DNA of 64,000 nucleotides, taken from positions 62,001 to 126,000 of the forward strand of contig CBFDEM010000060.1 of assembly GCA_965603825.1 (NCBI GenBank), in the 5' to 3' direction. The notes under the pieces are model-generated. The model was given only the letters and a program-made list of their open reading frames with translations. It had not been told where the DNA came from and did no database searches. This DNA comes from Blepharisma stoltei ATCC 30299 (Eukaryota > Protista > Ciliophora). This document shows, piece by piece, positions 47,215 to 59,380 of the stretch (the stretch's first letter is position 1; the number at the start of each line of letters is the position of its first letter). The position numbers and the translations under genes were made by a program.

Positions 47215-48459
47215 TTATATAATTGGTGTATGAGGCAACTCAGCATATTCTTTTGACTGCATTTCAGTAAGTCTTGATATAGTTCTGTCAAAAGCAAAAA
47301 CTTCGTCAAATTCTGCACCTTCTTCAGTATAAAGTTGGTCAATTCCGACTTCGGCTGTGCATGTTAATTTTACTTTTCTATTGTATAGCTCGTCAATTAG
47401 CAAAATAAACCTTCTCATGATATCTCTTCTATATACAGAAAAAGTAGGCACTCCAATCATTATAACGTGATGAAAATGCTGAGCAATTGAAATATAATCA
47501 GCAGCTCCCAAGGCTTCTTCACATAGCTCTTTAAACGTAAAAACTCCGCATCCATTTGCTGAATTTTTACAGGTCAAAGTTCTACCTTGCATTACAGGAA
47601 TCGTCAAAATTCCCCCTTTTTCTTTTCCAGTTACCTTTAAAAACATTTTTTTGGCTTCTTGCTCAGCAATAGTGTCATTTGGTCATATAAAAGTTCTGAG
47701 GTGCTCTTCATCTCCTCCATATCGATAATCAACATCAGAGTTCATATCAATGATTTTGCAATTGTTTTTCAATTCCTCAATGAACGGTAAAAATAAAAAT
47801 CTTTGCAGACCATTATAATAGAGATCATCTGGTGGTCTATTCGAAGTAGCAAAAATCGCGACGCCTTCTTCTCATAATTTTCCAAATAATCGTTTTAATA
47901 TCATAGCGTCAGCTATATCAGTGACCTGAAATTCATCAAAACAAAGCAGTCGAGCTTTTTTAGAAATCTCTAAGGCAACTTTTGGGACTGGGTCATAGCC
48001 TTTTTCTGAATCTGGGACGTCAGCTTTATTTAATTGGTGGATTATCTGATGGACTTCTAGCATGAATTTATTGAAATGGACCCTGCGCTTATGAGAAAGA
48101 GACACAAAATCATAAAAAAGATCTAAAAGGTAGGTTTTTCCACAGCCAGGACTGCCATACAAATAAATTCCTGGGATTTTTCGCCAAACTTGTTTGGTGA
48201 CGTATTTTACTGTGTCTTGTGAGCCAAACAATCTTCAAGAAGAGCTGTCTCCTTTAACTTCGATCTTTTCAGTGGTAGTCACGCTTGGTAGTTGTAGATC
48301 CTCATAAAACTTTTGAAGTTCAGCTACTACAAAAGCTTGTTGGTGGTCTAGTTTTATTTCTCCAGAGTTTATTAAGGACTAAATAAAGCTTACTTGGTAT
48401 TTGCCAATGAAATCAGTACTGAATCTTCGGTAAATGTTAGATCTCAGTAATGATATCAT
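47215..48459 (-). CDS. AFG1: AFG1/LACE1/ZapE-family ATPase; intron 48379-48393
   Basis: [42 protein letters not shown] and [11 protein letters not shown] motifs. Joined via TGA codons and a 15-nt intron. Confidence 0.92.
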
Positions 48460-48714
48460 TTATAAAAAACTTAAGCCATATTTAAGGACGGTAATTTTTA
48501 CGAGTAAATATTTTTGATTTAAATAAAGAATATGACTAGTGAGATTAATTGGAATTTTGAGGAATAATTTGTTTTTTATATTTTTTATAAGGTAAATTAT
48601 ATATTAAATTTTAAATAAAATTTGGATAGCAATTTTAAATATCATAAATCCCTAATAATTATTTAGATTTGAACACCCTAAAATTAATACTATTTAAATA
48701 AAGAATTGGTTAAC

Positions 48715-51006
48715 TTAAGAAATAAGGATGCCACCCCAGTCAGATGCAAAGAATCCTCCGAAAACAAGAGAAAGAATGGCAGAGAGCTTGACAAGAATAT
48801 TCAGAGATGGTCCTGAGGTGTCTTTCATTGGATCTCCTACTGTGTCTCCAGTGACAGCGGCTGCTTTAATGTCTTTGAATTGAGGGCTTGATTTAGGAAC
48901 TAAGCTTTCTTTTTCAATATACTTCTTAGCGTTATCCCAAGCGCCTCCAGCATTGGCACTGCTTGTAGCCATTTGGACTCCTGAAACCAAAATTCCTGCT
49001 AGTAAACCAGCAACAGCTCTTGGACCGAATAGCCATCCAGTAATAATTGGAGTAAGCATGACCATCATGCCAGGTAAAATCATTTCTTTAAGTGCAGCTC
49101 TAGTAGAAATCTGAACACATTTTTCGTATTCAGGAGCATAGTGTGGGTTTCTCTTCATTTCTTGGAACTGTCTTCTGACCTCAATAACCATTTGGTTTGC
49201 AGCTTTTCCTACAGATTTCATTGTGAATGCGGAAAATGCATATGGCAGCATAGCTCCGACAAGAAGTCCTGCGAATTGAAGAGGGGCCAAAATATTGACT
49301 TCAGTCATATTTGATCTGGTAATAAAGGCACCGAATAAGGCTAAGGACACAAGAGCAGCGCTTCCAATGGCGAATCCTTTACCAATAGCAGCAGTTGTAT
49401 TACCAGCTGCGTCAAGAGCGTCAGTTCTTTGTCTGACTTCTTTCTTAAGGTGAATCATTTCGACCATGCCTCCAGCATTATCTGAAATAGGTCCATATCC
49501 ATCAATAGCAAGGGCCAAAGCCAAGTTTGAAAGCATTCCAAGGGCGGCCAAAGCAATCCCGTACATACTTGCAAAGTAGAAGGCTACATAAATAGTAACA
49601 GCCAAACAAATGGTTGGGATAATGCATGAAAGGTATCCTAAAGCTAATCCATAAATAATATCTGTGGCAGCTCCAGTTCTGCAGCTTTCAGCGACTTCTT
49701 TGACTGGTGTATAAGCGTAAGAGGTGAAATATTCAGTGACGTAGCCAATAATTAATCCAGACCAAAGTCCAAAGGCCAAGCAGATAAATGCATAAGTGTT
49801 CTTGCTTTGGATAACTTCATCACCTCTAATGAAGGTAAAGTCTTCTGGGAGTACATAAAGAGTCAAGAAGTAAAGAGCTGGGGTCAATAGGACTGTGGAA
49901 ATCACAAGTTGGTATTTTAAGGTTTTTTCAATTTTGTCTTCACTGTCTACTTTCATGACATTTGTTGCAAAGAAACTTGTAACAAAGCTCACAGCAATCC
50001 CTGTAGCTGATATCAAAAGTGGATACAGCAACGAGCACATAGTAGAATTCAACTCAACAGATGTGGCAGCCACCACAAGTGCAGCGCAAGTGCTTTCAGC
50101 GAAGCTTCCGAACAAATCAGAGCCCATACCTGCAATATCTCCGACGTTGTCTCCTACATTATCAGCAATAGTTGCTGCATTTCTTGGGTCGTCTTCTTCT
50201 AGTCCTTCCTCGACTTTTCCAGCCAAATCAGCTCCTACATCAGCTGCCTTTGTGAAAATTCCTCCACCGACTCTTCCGAACATGGCAATTGTAGACCCTC
50301 CAAGTCCATATCCAGCAATGCACTCGTACATGTGTCTGATATCCTCATTATCGTATTCTTCGCCTAGGTAAATTGTGGTATAAAGCCAAATTAACATAAG
50401 TAAGTTAAGAAGGCCTAATGAAGTCAGGACAAAGCCAAGGACTGCACCTCCTCTAAATGCGACAATAAAAGCGTTGGCAAGGCCGTTTTCTCTGTTAATG
50501 GCTGAATAAGCACATCTGGAGTTAGAAAAGACGGCAACTCTCATGCCAATGTAGCCACTGGCGATACTTGTAGTAGCGCCAAGGACAAATGCGAAAACTG
50601 TCCAAAACTGTCCAAGTTCTTCTTCGACGAGGACTGCGATGATAACTGAGAAAATTACGATGAAAACAGTCAAAATCTTGTACTCTTCCATCAAAAAGGC
50701 TCGTGCACCGTCTGAGACTGCTTGAGAAATGCGAGTTAAAGTGTAAACGACTTGATCCCAGTTTTCGTGGTAAAGGCCAGCTTCTTCTTCGATCCATTCG
50801 ACTTCGCCTGTTCGCTTGTTGGTGCGTTGGACGCGTTCTGTTTTGACACCGATGATGTCTTTGAGATATCGAGGATCATTTCGATGATAGTTGCCAGCTT
50901 CTCCTACTGGAACTCTTGTAAGCATCATGATATTGTAAATTCCGAACACCAAGCCTAAGATTCCAGCACTGATGATATAAAGACTAGTGGCTTCGTCTCC
51001 TAGCAT
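48715..51006 (-). CDS. Vacuolar-type H+-translocating pyrophosphatase (K+-dependent type)
   Basis: GGGIFTKAADVGADLAGKVE, IADNVGDNVGD, GNTTAAIGKG (Ala at the K+-dependence position) and GDTVGDPMKDTSGP motifs. Confidence 0.96.
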   Translation of the reverse strand: MLGDEATSLYIISAGILGLVFGIYNIMMLTRVPVGEAGNYHRNDPRYLKDIIGVKTERVQRTNKRTGEVEWIEEEAGLYHENWDQVVYTLTRISQAVSDGARAFLMEEYKILTVFIVIFSVIIAVLVEEELGQFWTVFAFVLGATTSIASGYIGMRVAVFSNSRCAYSAINRENGLANAFIVAFRGGAVLGFVLTSLGLLNLLMLIWLYTTIYLGEEYDNEDIRHMYECIAGYGLGGSTIAMFGRVGGGIFTKAADVGADLAGKVEEGLEEDDPRNAATIADNVGDNVGDIAGMGSDLFGSFAESTCAALVVAATSVELNSTMCSLLYPLLISATGIAVSFVTSFFATNVMKVDSEDKIEKTLKYQLVISTVLLTPALYFLTLYVLPEDFTFIRGDEVIQSKNTYAFICLAFGLWSGLIIGYVTEYFTSYAYTPVKEVAESCRTGAATDIIYGLALGYLSCIIPTICLAVTIYVAFYFASMYGIALAALGMLSNLALALAIDGYGPISDNAGGMVEMIHLKKEVRQRTDALDAAGNTTAAIGKGFAIGSAALVSLALFGAFITRSNMTEVNILAPLQFAGLLVGAMLPYAFSAFTMKSVGKAANQMVIEVRRQFQEMKRNPHYAPEYEKCVQISTRAALKEMILPGMMVMLTPIITGWLFGPRAVAGLLAGILVSGVQMATSSANAGGAWDNAKKYIEKESLVPKSSPQFKDIKAAAVTGDTVGDPMKDTSGPSLNILVKLSAILSLVFGGFFASDWGGILIS

Positions 51007-51258
51007 TTATTATTAACCATGAAATTCCAAGGTAAACCATTAAAGCTTTTGGTGAACCAAAATCGAATAATGAGGAAGAGCTTATTAAATACTTATCACT
51101 TTGGCTTATATGATTATATAATATCAATATAATTTTTCGATACCTATTTTTCTTGTGAACGAATCAAAAAAAATTGTATTGAAAAATCTTTCTCAGTTAA
51201 ACAATTTTTCGAAGGTATTTTATTTTTGCTATATATACCTACTAAAATTAATATAGCT

Positions 51259-52272
51259 CTATTTATCTTGTAAACTCTTCAAAATCGCTTCATTCATCAT
51301 CCTTTCTTCTTCAGTTAGTTCTAAGTCCATATCGGTCCCTGCATTTTCTTGTGTTTGTCTTGGAATGCCTTCATCAAATTGTGAATAAATATTCGAAAAA
51401 GCGCTTGGATTGGAAGATTGTTGGGAAAACTCAGTTTGGTAAAACTCTTGTCTTACGGCACCAGATCCATCTTGTCTTACGCTTGAATAATAGCTTCTTT
51501 GTCCTCCTGGGATTTCTTCTATATTGCTTTCTATATGCTCGCTAAAAGGATCCTCAAAATTTTCATGTTCTTCGGAAAAGTCTCCTCTGTTTCCAAAATC
51601 TTCATAATCTGGGACATAGTCAGCTTGGGTTATTACACTTTGTACTGGCTGTCGTGGAGGTGACCTTGTGTCTTCCATAAGGATTTTCTGGTAAATTTCT
51701 TCAGCATATTGTCTGTCAAGCTCTTCTGCATATTTTTTGGCGACTTCTTGGTCGATTTCTTCTTCTATGATATTCTCAACATTTTCCATGTTTTCACTCA
51801 TCCTTCTCATGACTACTTCATTACGTATTTCGTCTATTTTTTTCTGGGCGTGGACTTCCTTAAAAGTCCCTAAACAGTCAACTTCTTCAAAATGATGCTG
51901 ATAGTCCCTCATTGGGATAAATTTGTTGCATCTTGTGCATAATTCAGTGCGGCTTCCGCATTGGTAGACATGGTCATTGAATTGTTCAAACGGAAACTCA
52001 GCTTCACAATATTTGCATTTCTTTGGAGCTTTAGGGCACTCATGCAAGTTGAAAAGCTGAGGGTCGAATTTTTCACTGCAGGTGGGGCATTCTTTTGGGA
52101 TATGATTTTCTTCATTGTGGGCTTGTTTTTCTGATTTTGGAACTGGCTTGTTGCATTGTTCACAGCGGTAAATGTTCCGGTGGCAGTGAATTGAATGCAA
52201 ATCGTAGGATTGCTTGGGGATTTCTTTGTCACTGAATAGCTCTTACCAGTTTTGGCATAGTTGTATTTCCAT
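51259..52272 (-). CDS. TRAF-type zinc-finger protein (TRAFD1/XAF1-like) with C-terminal UIM; intron 52232-52246
   Basis: Spliced start MEIQLCQNCDKEIP. Repeated Cx2C..H..C units, CGSRTELC, and a UIM-like EEERMMNEAILKSL. Confidence 0.85.
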
Positions 52273-52352
52273 GATATATGAAAAAATAAATTATGATATT
52301 CGCAATTCGATTTTATTTGCATAAAATAGATCTAGATTTATTTAGGCCATAA

Positions 52353-52736
52353 ATGGGTGCTTGTTCCTGTGCTGATAGAAACGATCCTCTCAGCCAAGAA
52401 AGCGAAGGAAAATCAAAAAAAGATGACACAAAAAGACGCCAAAAATTAAGAGACTGGAAGAGCGAAGACGAAAGCGGTGGAGATAGTAAGGATTCAATGG
52501 ATTATCAGGATACCGACGCGTATGAAACAGTTATTCCTGAGGGTTTGAAAGAAGGCGAAATATTTGATATTGAAGGTGGAGGTCAGTTTAAGATTATAAA
52601 ATACAGGGAAAGTCCGCATAAAACCATAATATACTGCTTGACTTGTGAAGTCAATTTTCCTGCAAGTGATTTAAAAATGCATATAAAAAATCCAGAACAT
52701 ATGATGAACAGCCCAGAAAAATGTGTGGTGTTTTAG
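52353..52736 (+). CDS. Small acylated protein with C2H2-like zinc finger and CaaX
   Basis: MGACSC start, CLTC-x11-H-x5-H, ends CVVF. Confidence 0.75.
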   Translation: MGACSCADRNDPLSQESEGKSKKDDTKRRQKLRDWKSEDESGGDSKDSMDYQDTDAYETVIPEGLKEGEIFDIEGGGQFKIIKYRESPHKTIIYCLTCEVNFPASDLKMHIKNPEHMMNSPEKCVVF

Positions 52737-53132
52737 GCATTATACTGCAATAAAAATCCTATTAAGTAATGAGCTGATGACTATTATTTTTTTATTTCGT
52801 AAATTTTCTGGAGATTTTAAAACAATAAAATAACTAAAAGATCAGAGCTTGGTAATATGGTGAAACGGTTAATAGAGAATTTTAATAGGATATGAGATTT
52901 TATAGTAAAGTGATAGAATTATTTTACAGAATTTTAATACTAGTTTTTCATTTAAAATCATAAAGGTTTCTTTGCTTATCTAATCTTCTTTAAATCTATA
53001 TATTAATTTATTTCAAATGAATTTAAAAAAGAGCACTCTTATTTATGCATTTGCTTAAATTTAAATTATTCCAAATTCTCATATAAAATTATCAACAATA
53101 ATAGTAATTTCTTAAAATAGCCTATATAAAAA

Positions 53133-53525
53133 ATGGGAGCTTGTGCTTGCATTGATAAAGGAACTGTTTTTGAGAAGCCAACTATTAAAGAATATAGGGG
53201 GAAAATGGTTATAGAATACTTATATGGACTTAGCAATCATAAAACTGCAAATAAATATGATGATACTAGCGAAGAATGAAGCACTAAAGAAACCAAAGGT
53301 TGGTTAATAAGTGAAGGCTATAATGTTCCACCTGGTCTTATAGCAGGCGATATCTTTATAATAGATGATGGAAGTCATTTTGAAATCATAGAATTACTAA
53401 ATAACGAAAAAAAAGCGATAACTCATTGCTTGGTTTGCGATATTGATGTTCCAGGGAGTGAACTGAAAAACCACTCGAACTCAACAGATCATTTTACGAG
53501 AAATTTAAATAATTTAAGTAGGTAG
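53133..53525 (+). CDS. Paralog of 52353-52736, 130 aa (absent from the ORF track)
   Basis: MGACAC start, one TGA(Trp), VPPGLIAGDIFIIDDGSHFEII and CLVC...H..H. Ends at TAG 53523. Confidence 0.75.
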
Positions 53526-54027
53526 ACCAATCCATCTTATGCAGACTTTATTTCCAATTGGTTATAAATTTATCATTTTTTTTTAATAGTTCTTAATATT
53601 CTTAATTCAATATTATAAGACAAAAGATTATATTATTACCAGTCAAATGCCATTTTAAAAGCTATATTAAGGGTCGGAGATTACTAGTATTTTATTAATA
53701 AAGCCTCCAATAATGACTTTTCTTCGAAATAAATTCTGCACTATTTTTGATAATTCAATTATAATAATATCAGATTAAATATATTTTCAGATAAAAGAAT
53801 CAATCATTTTTCTAATTCGAATTTTATGCTCTGTTTAGTTTAATAGTTTTTATTTTGTCAATTTATAATAAAATTCCTTAGCAGGATTTTTCTTAAAAAA
53901 GCATTTATAAGATTAATTATGGGAACAATATTTATTGATAAGAATTTTAATTACCTGAAGAGTTATTTTTCTTGAATCACTTGCTGTAGAGAACAATGCT
54001 AAATAATTTATTTATTGCTTAATAAAA

Positions 54028-54982
54028 ATGTTCTTTTCAGATCCTAATCAAGATGTAGGAGCCCGTCTCAAATATTGGTGGCAGAACATACCTGCATATA
54101 CAAGACTGATCCTTTATATTTCAATCTTTGTCTACATTTTATCCTGACTTCCCATTTACATTGATTATGCATTCATTTCATCACCTCAATTAACCCTCAC
54201 AAGCTTCCAGCTGTGGCGCCTATTTACCTTCCCATATGTTCCTATCAGTATTTTAGACTTGATCTTTGAAATGATCTCATTTCTGTTCTTAAGCTGCAAA
54301 ATTGAACGTAAATACGGGACTTCTAAGTATTTTATGTACTTTTTTATCAATAATGCCCTGATTGCGCTATCTATGTCGTTGATTTTTATGCTGATTTCTT
54401 GTATACCGATAGATTACTTGCAAGGATTAGCATATTACTATTTAGCTGGATTGTGGCCAATTATTATGATGGAAATTGTGATCAGATGCAATAAAAATCC
54501 AGAAGCAAGCACCCAGTTCTTTTTTATTCCTATACAAATAAAGTCGAAATACTTCCCATTTGTAATGACTGCGATTTTCTGTTTGCTTGGTGTTTTTTGG
54601 GAGTTAATATTTGGGTTGCTATTCGGATATTTACGTAAAATTTATTTAGATGTTTATGGAATTTTGAAATTTACAATACTATCTGATGAATTCGCTAGCA
54701 GGCTTGAGGACTCTGTTGTATGCCTTGGATTAAGAAAGCTGCCACATTTTATTGAAAACGCTATGGCAGGCGATGAAGAGTTGCCAAGTTCTCAAACGAC
54801 AACCCAGCAAGCTTTTCCTCAAGTCACTTCTCCCCAAAATCCCCCATCAGCTCCACAACCAGCACCTTTTTCTGGGCAAGGATATAGACTAGGAGGTGAT
54901 GAGCAAAGTAAAGGAAGGAATTATGATAAGGTAAAAAATAATGCAGCTTGAAGAGAGCGCAAAAGAAGAAGAATTATTTTAG
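54028..54982 (+). CDS. Rhomboid-like/Derlin-like pseudoprotease with SHP box; probable introns 54635-54649 and 54931-54946
   Basis: IPAYTR, FQLWRLFT (WR motif), IERKYGT, IKSKYFP, and the p97-binding FSGQGYRLG. Confidence 0.8.
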
Positions 54983-55211
54983 ATTATTTAAAGATTTTTA
55001 TTATAAATTGTTATTATAAGAAGTTCATTTATTTGGAATTTTAATAATTTTATGCTAAAAAATAATGAGAGCATTGTGTTTAAAATAAATAAAAATGTGA
55101 AAATTATGTTGAAAATAATGAAAATTGCATTATGGCGATCTGAGCATTCGAGATTATTAGAGAAAATTTAAGGCAGAATATGGAATTTAATTATGTATAA
55201 TACGTAATATT

Positions 55212-55673
55212 ATGATATATCCACCAGTAAGCGAAATTGAGCCTCTTCTTTATTTAGGCTCGTTGCAAGGAGCTAAAGATAAAGAGTTATTAGAAAGCAT
55301 AGGAATCCAATGCATTGTACAAGTATTAGACGAAATCCATTTGGATTCTTTATATGAAACCATGGATTATTTATTCATTCCCCTCGCCGATTGGACGAGC
55401 TCTAATATAGTAATGCATTTACCAAATGCATTGAAGTTTATTCATCAAAATATAAGCCAAGATAAAAAGGTGTTCATACATTGCGCTGCTGGGGTCTCCA
55501 GAAGCGTGTCCATTGTATGCGCCTATTTGATGGCGAAATATCATATTTCATATGACCGAGCACTAAAGGAGGTTAGAAATAGAAGATGATGCGCATTGCC
55601 AAATCCTGGTTTTGCCAGGCAGCTAAGAAATATTAGTTTGGATGCTCTTATTTCTTATATTGATAATCCATAA
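55212..55673 (+). CDS. Dual-specificity protein phosphatase, 153 aa
   Basis: LYLGS, HCAAGVSRS and AYLM motifs. Readthrough of TGA 55587 restores PNPGFARQL. Confidence 0.93.
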
Positions 55674-55974
55674 CTAAAGGATTATTTTAAAGTCTTTTTT
55701 ATTTTCCATTCATTTTGGCAGCTTTCTATGTATGGTTCTTTTGAAATTTTTATACAAATAATCATCAGCTGGATGCTATAACACAAATAAAATGGTCCTT
55801 ACTGATTAATCGTGATTTTTTATTGAAAATAAAAAATTTTAGAAATATACTAATGATTGCGCTTTGGTACTGAAAATTATCATAATATTTTATGCTTTTA
55901 GAACTTAAGAAAACTGTTTTAAATAATTAATCGGCCGAAAACTCATATGTGCTATTTTTAACTAAAACCATATA

Positions 55975-58900
55975 TTAACTACTGCTATTTAATTCATTCA
56001 ACATTCCCAATTCCTCTTCATTCAAACTTCCCATTATGCTTCCATACAAGCTTGGGTTTTTTCTTGACAAATCTTCTAATGAGCTCTTAATAAACTTCTC
56101 AATGTCCATCATTTCAAACGGCGAATCATACATATCTTCTGGCCCTGTATTAATTCCATAGTCCTCATCATCACTTTCGTCACTTTCTTCTTGCTGCCTA
56201 ACATTTCGTAAATCTGTTATTAATTTCATATACTCAGCTTCAAACTTTTCCGAGTCTACAAAAGTTCCGCATTCATTGAATTCTTTGGCTTCTGCCTTTA
56301 TGTCTTCATTATAATTGTTTTCTATTCCTTTCCATAGGGATATCAATTTTTTGAAAATTAATGATAAATTTGAGAAAATTATTGGTGGGAGTTGTTCAGT
56401 TACTAAGAACAATGAGCAAATTCCACAGATTACATGAGTTTTTGACATAGGCTCTTTATATTGATTTACGCTTTCAAAAGCAAGCTTAAAAAGATCATTT
56501 AAGACGTTTAGCTGCTGCAAAGCTTGTAAAGTTACAATGGCATTATTCCACATAGCTACACATATACTTTCACATCCTATTACTTTTACTTTTTTAGACG
56601 AGTCTTGTGTACATTTATAAATCATCTGAATTATTGTAGGCAGTGCACTGTCAATAAGCCCTTTCCTGTTTTCCATTAATGATATGAAAATTTTGCAGCC
56701 CATGATAATGTCTTCCTCCTCATCTTTTACTATCAGAAAGGTAGCAATATCAAAGAAAACTTGTAAATTCGCTATAGCTTGGCTATATTTTGCTATGTAA
56801 TTTCCAAATACCGAAAACATTTCATCAATATACTCCAATCCATACGGTTTAATATTTCCATCTCCCATAATCGACACTTTCAACAGCATATGATAATTGC
56901 ACAAATGTCCCAAACTTTCTGGAGGCGCCAAATACAACAAACTATTAAGTATATGTAAAGCCTCTTCAAAGCAGTCACTTCCTTTTGAGCTAAAACAAAA
57001 ATCAAAAATGGGGTTCATAAACAGAGAAGTTTTCAATAAATCTTCAGGTTTATCTTCAAGCACATCAATAATCTTCAATATAGTATTAAGTATAGAAGAC
57101 CCAGCTAAAGAAATTTCTAAATCTTCTTGGTTTTCGACCTTCTCAGCAATCCTCATAAAAGCTTGAGATAAATGTTCAACAAGTTCTATAGCATATGGTA
57201 TTATATCAGTCGAAAATTGGCTAACTATGTTTTCTAGAGCGTCAATTAGCTCTTCTGAGTCTATTTCGTTCATGATGTTTTTGTATATGTGGAGTAATGC
57301 ATTGATTTCGCTGCTGATACTTTCTTTAGAAACGTCCCAAATTAAAATTTTGGGTAAAGCTGTTGCAGCTTCAATTTTGACGGGTAATTCTGGGTCTTGC
57401 ATCAAAGAGCATATTTTTTGAAGCACAAATTTCTGATGGTCTTTATCAGTGAATGGGCATTTAGCTAGCTGCCCATACAGTCAGCAAGTTCTTGATCGCA
57501 AAAAACCGATCGGGCTGTCAAACTCTTGCACAATAAAGCTATGCAAAATATTCTGAATGCTACTAGCTAGTGCATCATTTGATTTTATTAGTTCATGTAA
57601 AGAGCCAACAGCAAGCATAATCGCTTCTTTTTTAATTAAATCTGGCCCTATTTGCAGCTCTCTAAGTGCATAGTCTAAAAATTGTATTAAATACCCTTTT
57701 TGTGCTAAATTCACTAGTAGCTCAATCGCTGAGCTTTTTGCAGAATAAAACGCTTTGCATAAATCATTTTCTTTTCTAATAAATTCAATAGGATTTTCAA
57801 TCCACAGTTCTTCATCACTTTTAACTCTATATAGAGAAGGGACAATTATATCAGTTACTAATGCATGAATTACTAATTGATTGGAATTTGTAAGTTTGGA
57901 TTTAAGCAGTTCACAAGTAAGTGGAAATTTCACAGCCTGAGCAATATATTTAATATAATAATTCGCGACCAAGTTAGGCACAAAATTGGTAGCTCTTTTA
58001 AAAATCGCTGCTAAAATGATCTCAAAAAATGGCAAAGCCCATTTACTTTGGAAATTTTCTCCCATAAGTTTTGAGTTTCCATTTAGGTGGGCAAGGTTAA
58101 AATATCGATTAAAAGTCCTATGGACAATCTGTGCCGCCCATCTTTTAGAAATCCATGGAGATAAAGACTCGGTACTGTGAATTTGATGCTCATCTGATAT
58201 AGGATTTTCTAATTCTCCTAGGTCGATTTCTAAAATTGCTTTAAATTTAGTCAGTCAGCTGTCTAGCGCAGCAGGGATATATTGATCATCAGAGAGTTCT
58301 ATATAAAAACACTCTCAATAAACTTGCAAAATCAATATAACGCAGCTCCAGAAAAAGCTCTGGGAAGGATTTGATAAATTTTGCTCACAGAAGCTCAGAA
58401 GTTCTGGAGGCAAAACAGTATCATTTTTGGCGATTTTTTCAAAAATGATGGTGTTCAAGATTGCATCGAGTACTGGAAAATACCTTGACACTAAAGATTT
58501 TAAGTCTTTTCTTTTTTCGTTCATCACGAATTCAAAGACTCTAGAGATTTGATGAATCATATTAATTCCAGAAAAAATCCTGTTGTATTCATTAGATTGT
58601 AGCTCAGCGTCTATTTGAACTAATATTTCATCCCATGGAAATTCAGCCTTACATATGTTGAACGCGATTTCTTCAAATTGCGATCTAAGTTTTTCTTTAG
58701 TCGAAAATCTTAGACAATAAATTATATTAGCTTTTAAGTAGTTTTTGTCCTCGACTGGCAATGGAAATTCCCTCTTTGAATCTTTCCAAACTTTTGTGAG
58801 GTTTTTAAGGTAAATGACTGCAAGCTGCCTGACCTCGATTAGCAAATCACTGAAAGAAATTTTTACCAGGATAGGGATTAATCCTGGAGAGGTTTTTAGT

Positions 58901-58986
58901 GAAGACAAATGCTCCTCAGCCTTCTTTCTAGCTTCATTATCAAATGATAAACTCACTGAAAGAGCCTGAATTACAGATTCCTCCAT
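55975..58986 (-). CDS. Importin-7/8-like karyopherin-beta, 1003 aa
   Basis: IBN_N start (RKKAEEHL...VRQLAVIYLKN), LWIENPIEFIRKE, FLRSRTC-W(TGA), LPVKIEAA and an acidic tail. Three ORFs share one frame. Confidence 0.88.
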
Positions 58987-59023
58987 TCTTTTATATTACA
59001 AATTAATCATAGCTGTATTAAGT

Positions 59024-59347
59024 TTAATTATCCTTATCTGCAATATCATATTTATAGGTAAATTCTTCTTCAGACAGCTTTTCGAGTGGGACTCCTTGGC
59101 CATCATAAGCTTTTATTTGAGTCATTAAAGTTTTATAAGCTTGCTCCTGCTCATATTCACGCTCAGTCATTGACGAAGTTGTGTGTCTCTTGAAAGCAGA
59201 CATTTGTGCTTCCATTTGGTAAAATACGAATATTGAGACTCCTAATAATGCCCAGTAATGAAAACTCGTACGAAGCGCTTTGACATCAAATGTGTTGTTG
59301 GCCCAATTTTTAATCTTCAAGGATAATTGCTTAAATTTTTGGTTCAT
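59024..59347 (-). CDS. Small single-pass membrane protein, 107 aa
   Basis: ATG-TAA ORF with one hydrophobic segment. Confidence 0.65.
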   Translation of the reverse strand: MNQKFKQLSLKIKNWANNTFDVKALRTSFHYWALLGVSIFVFYQMEAQMSAFKRHTTSSMTEREYEQEQAYKTLMTQIKAYDGQGVPLEKLSEEEFTYKYDIADKDN

Positions 59348-59380
59348 ATTTTGATAAAATATTTCAAGTACTCTTAATAA

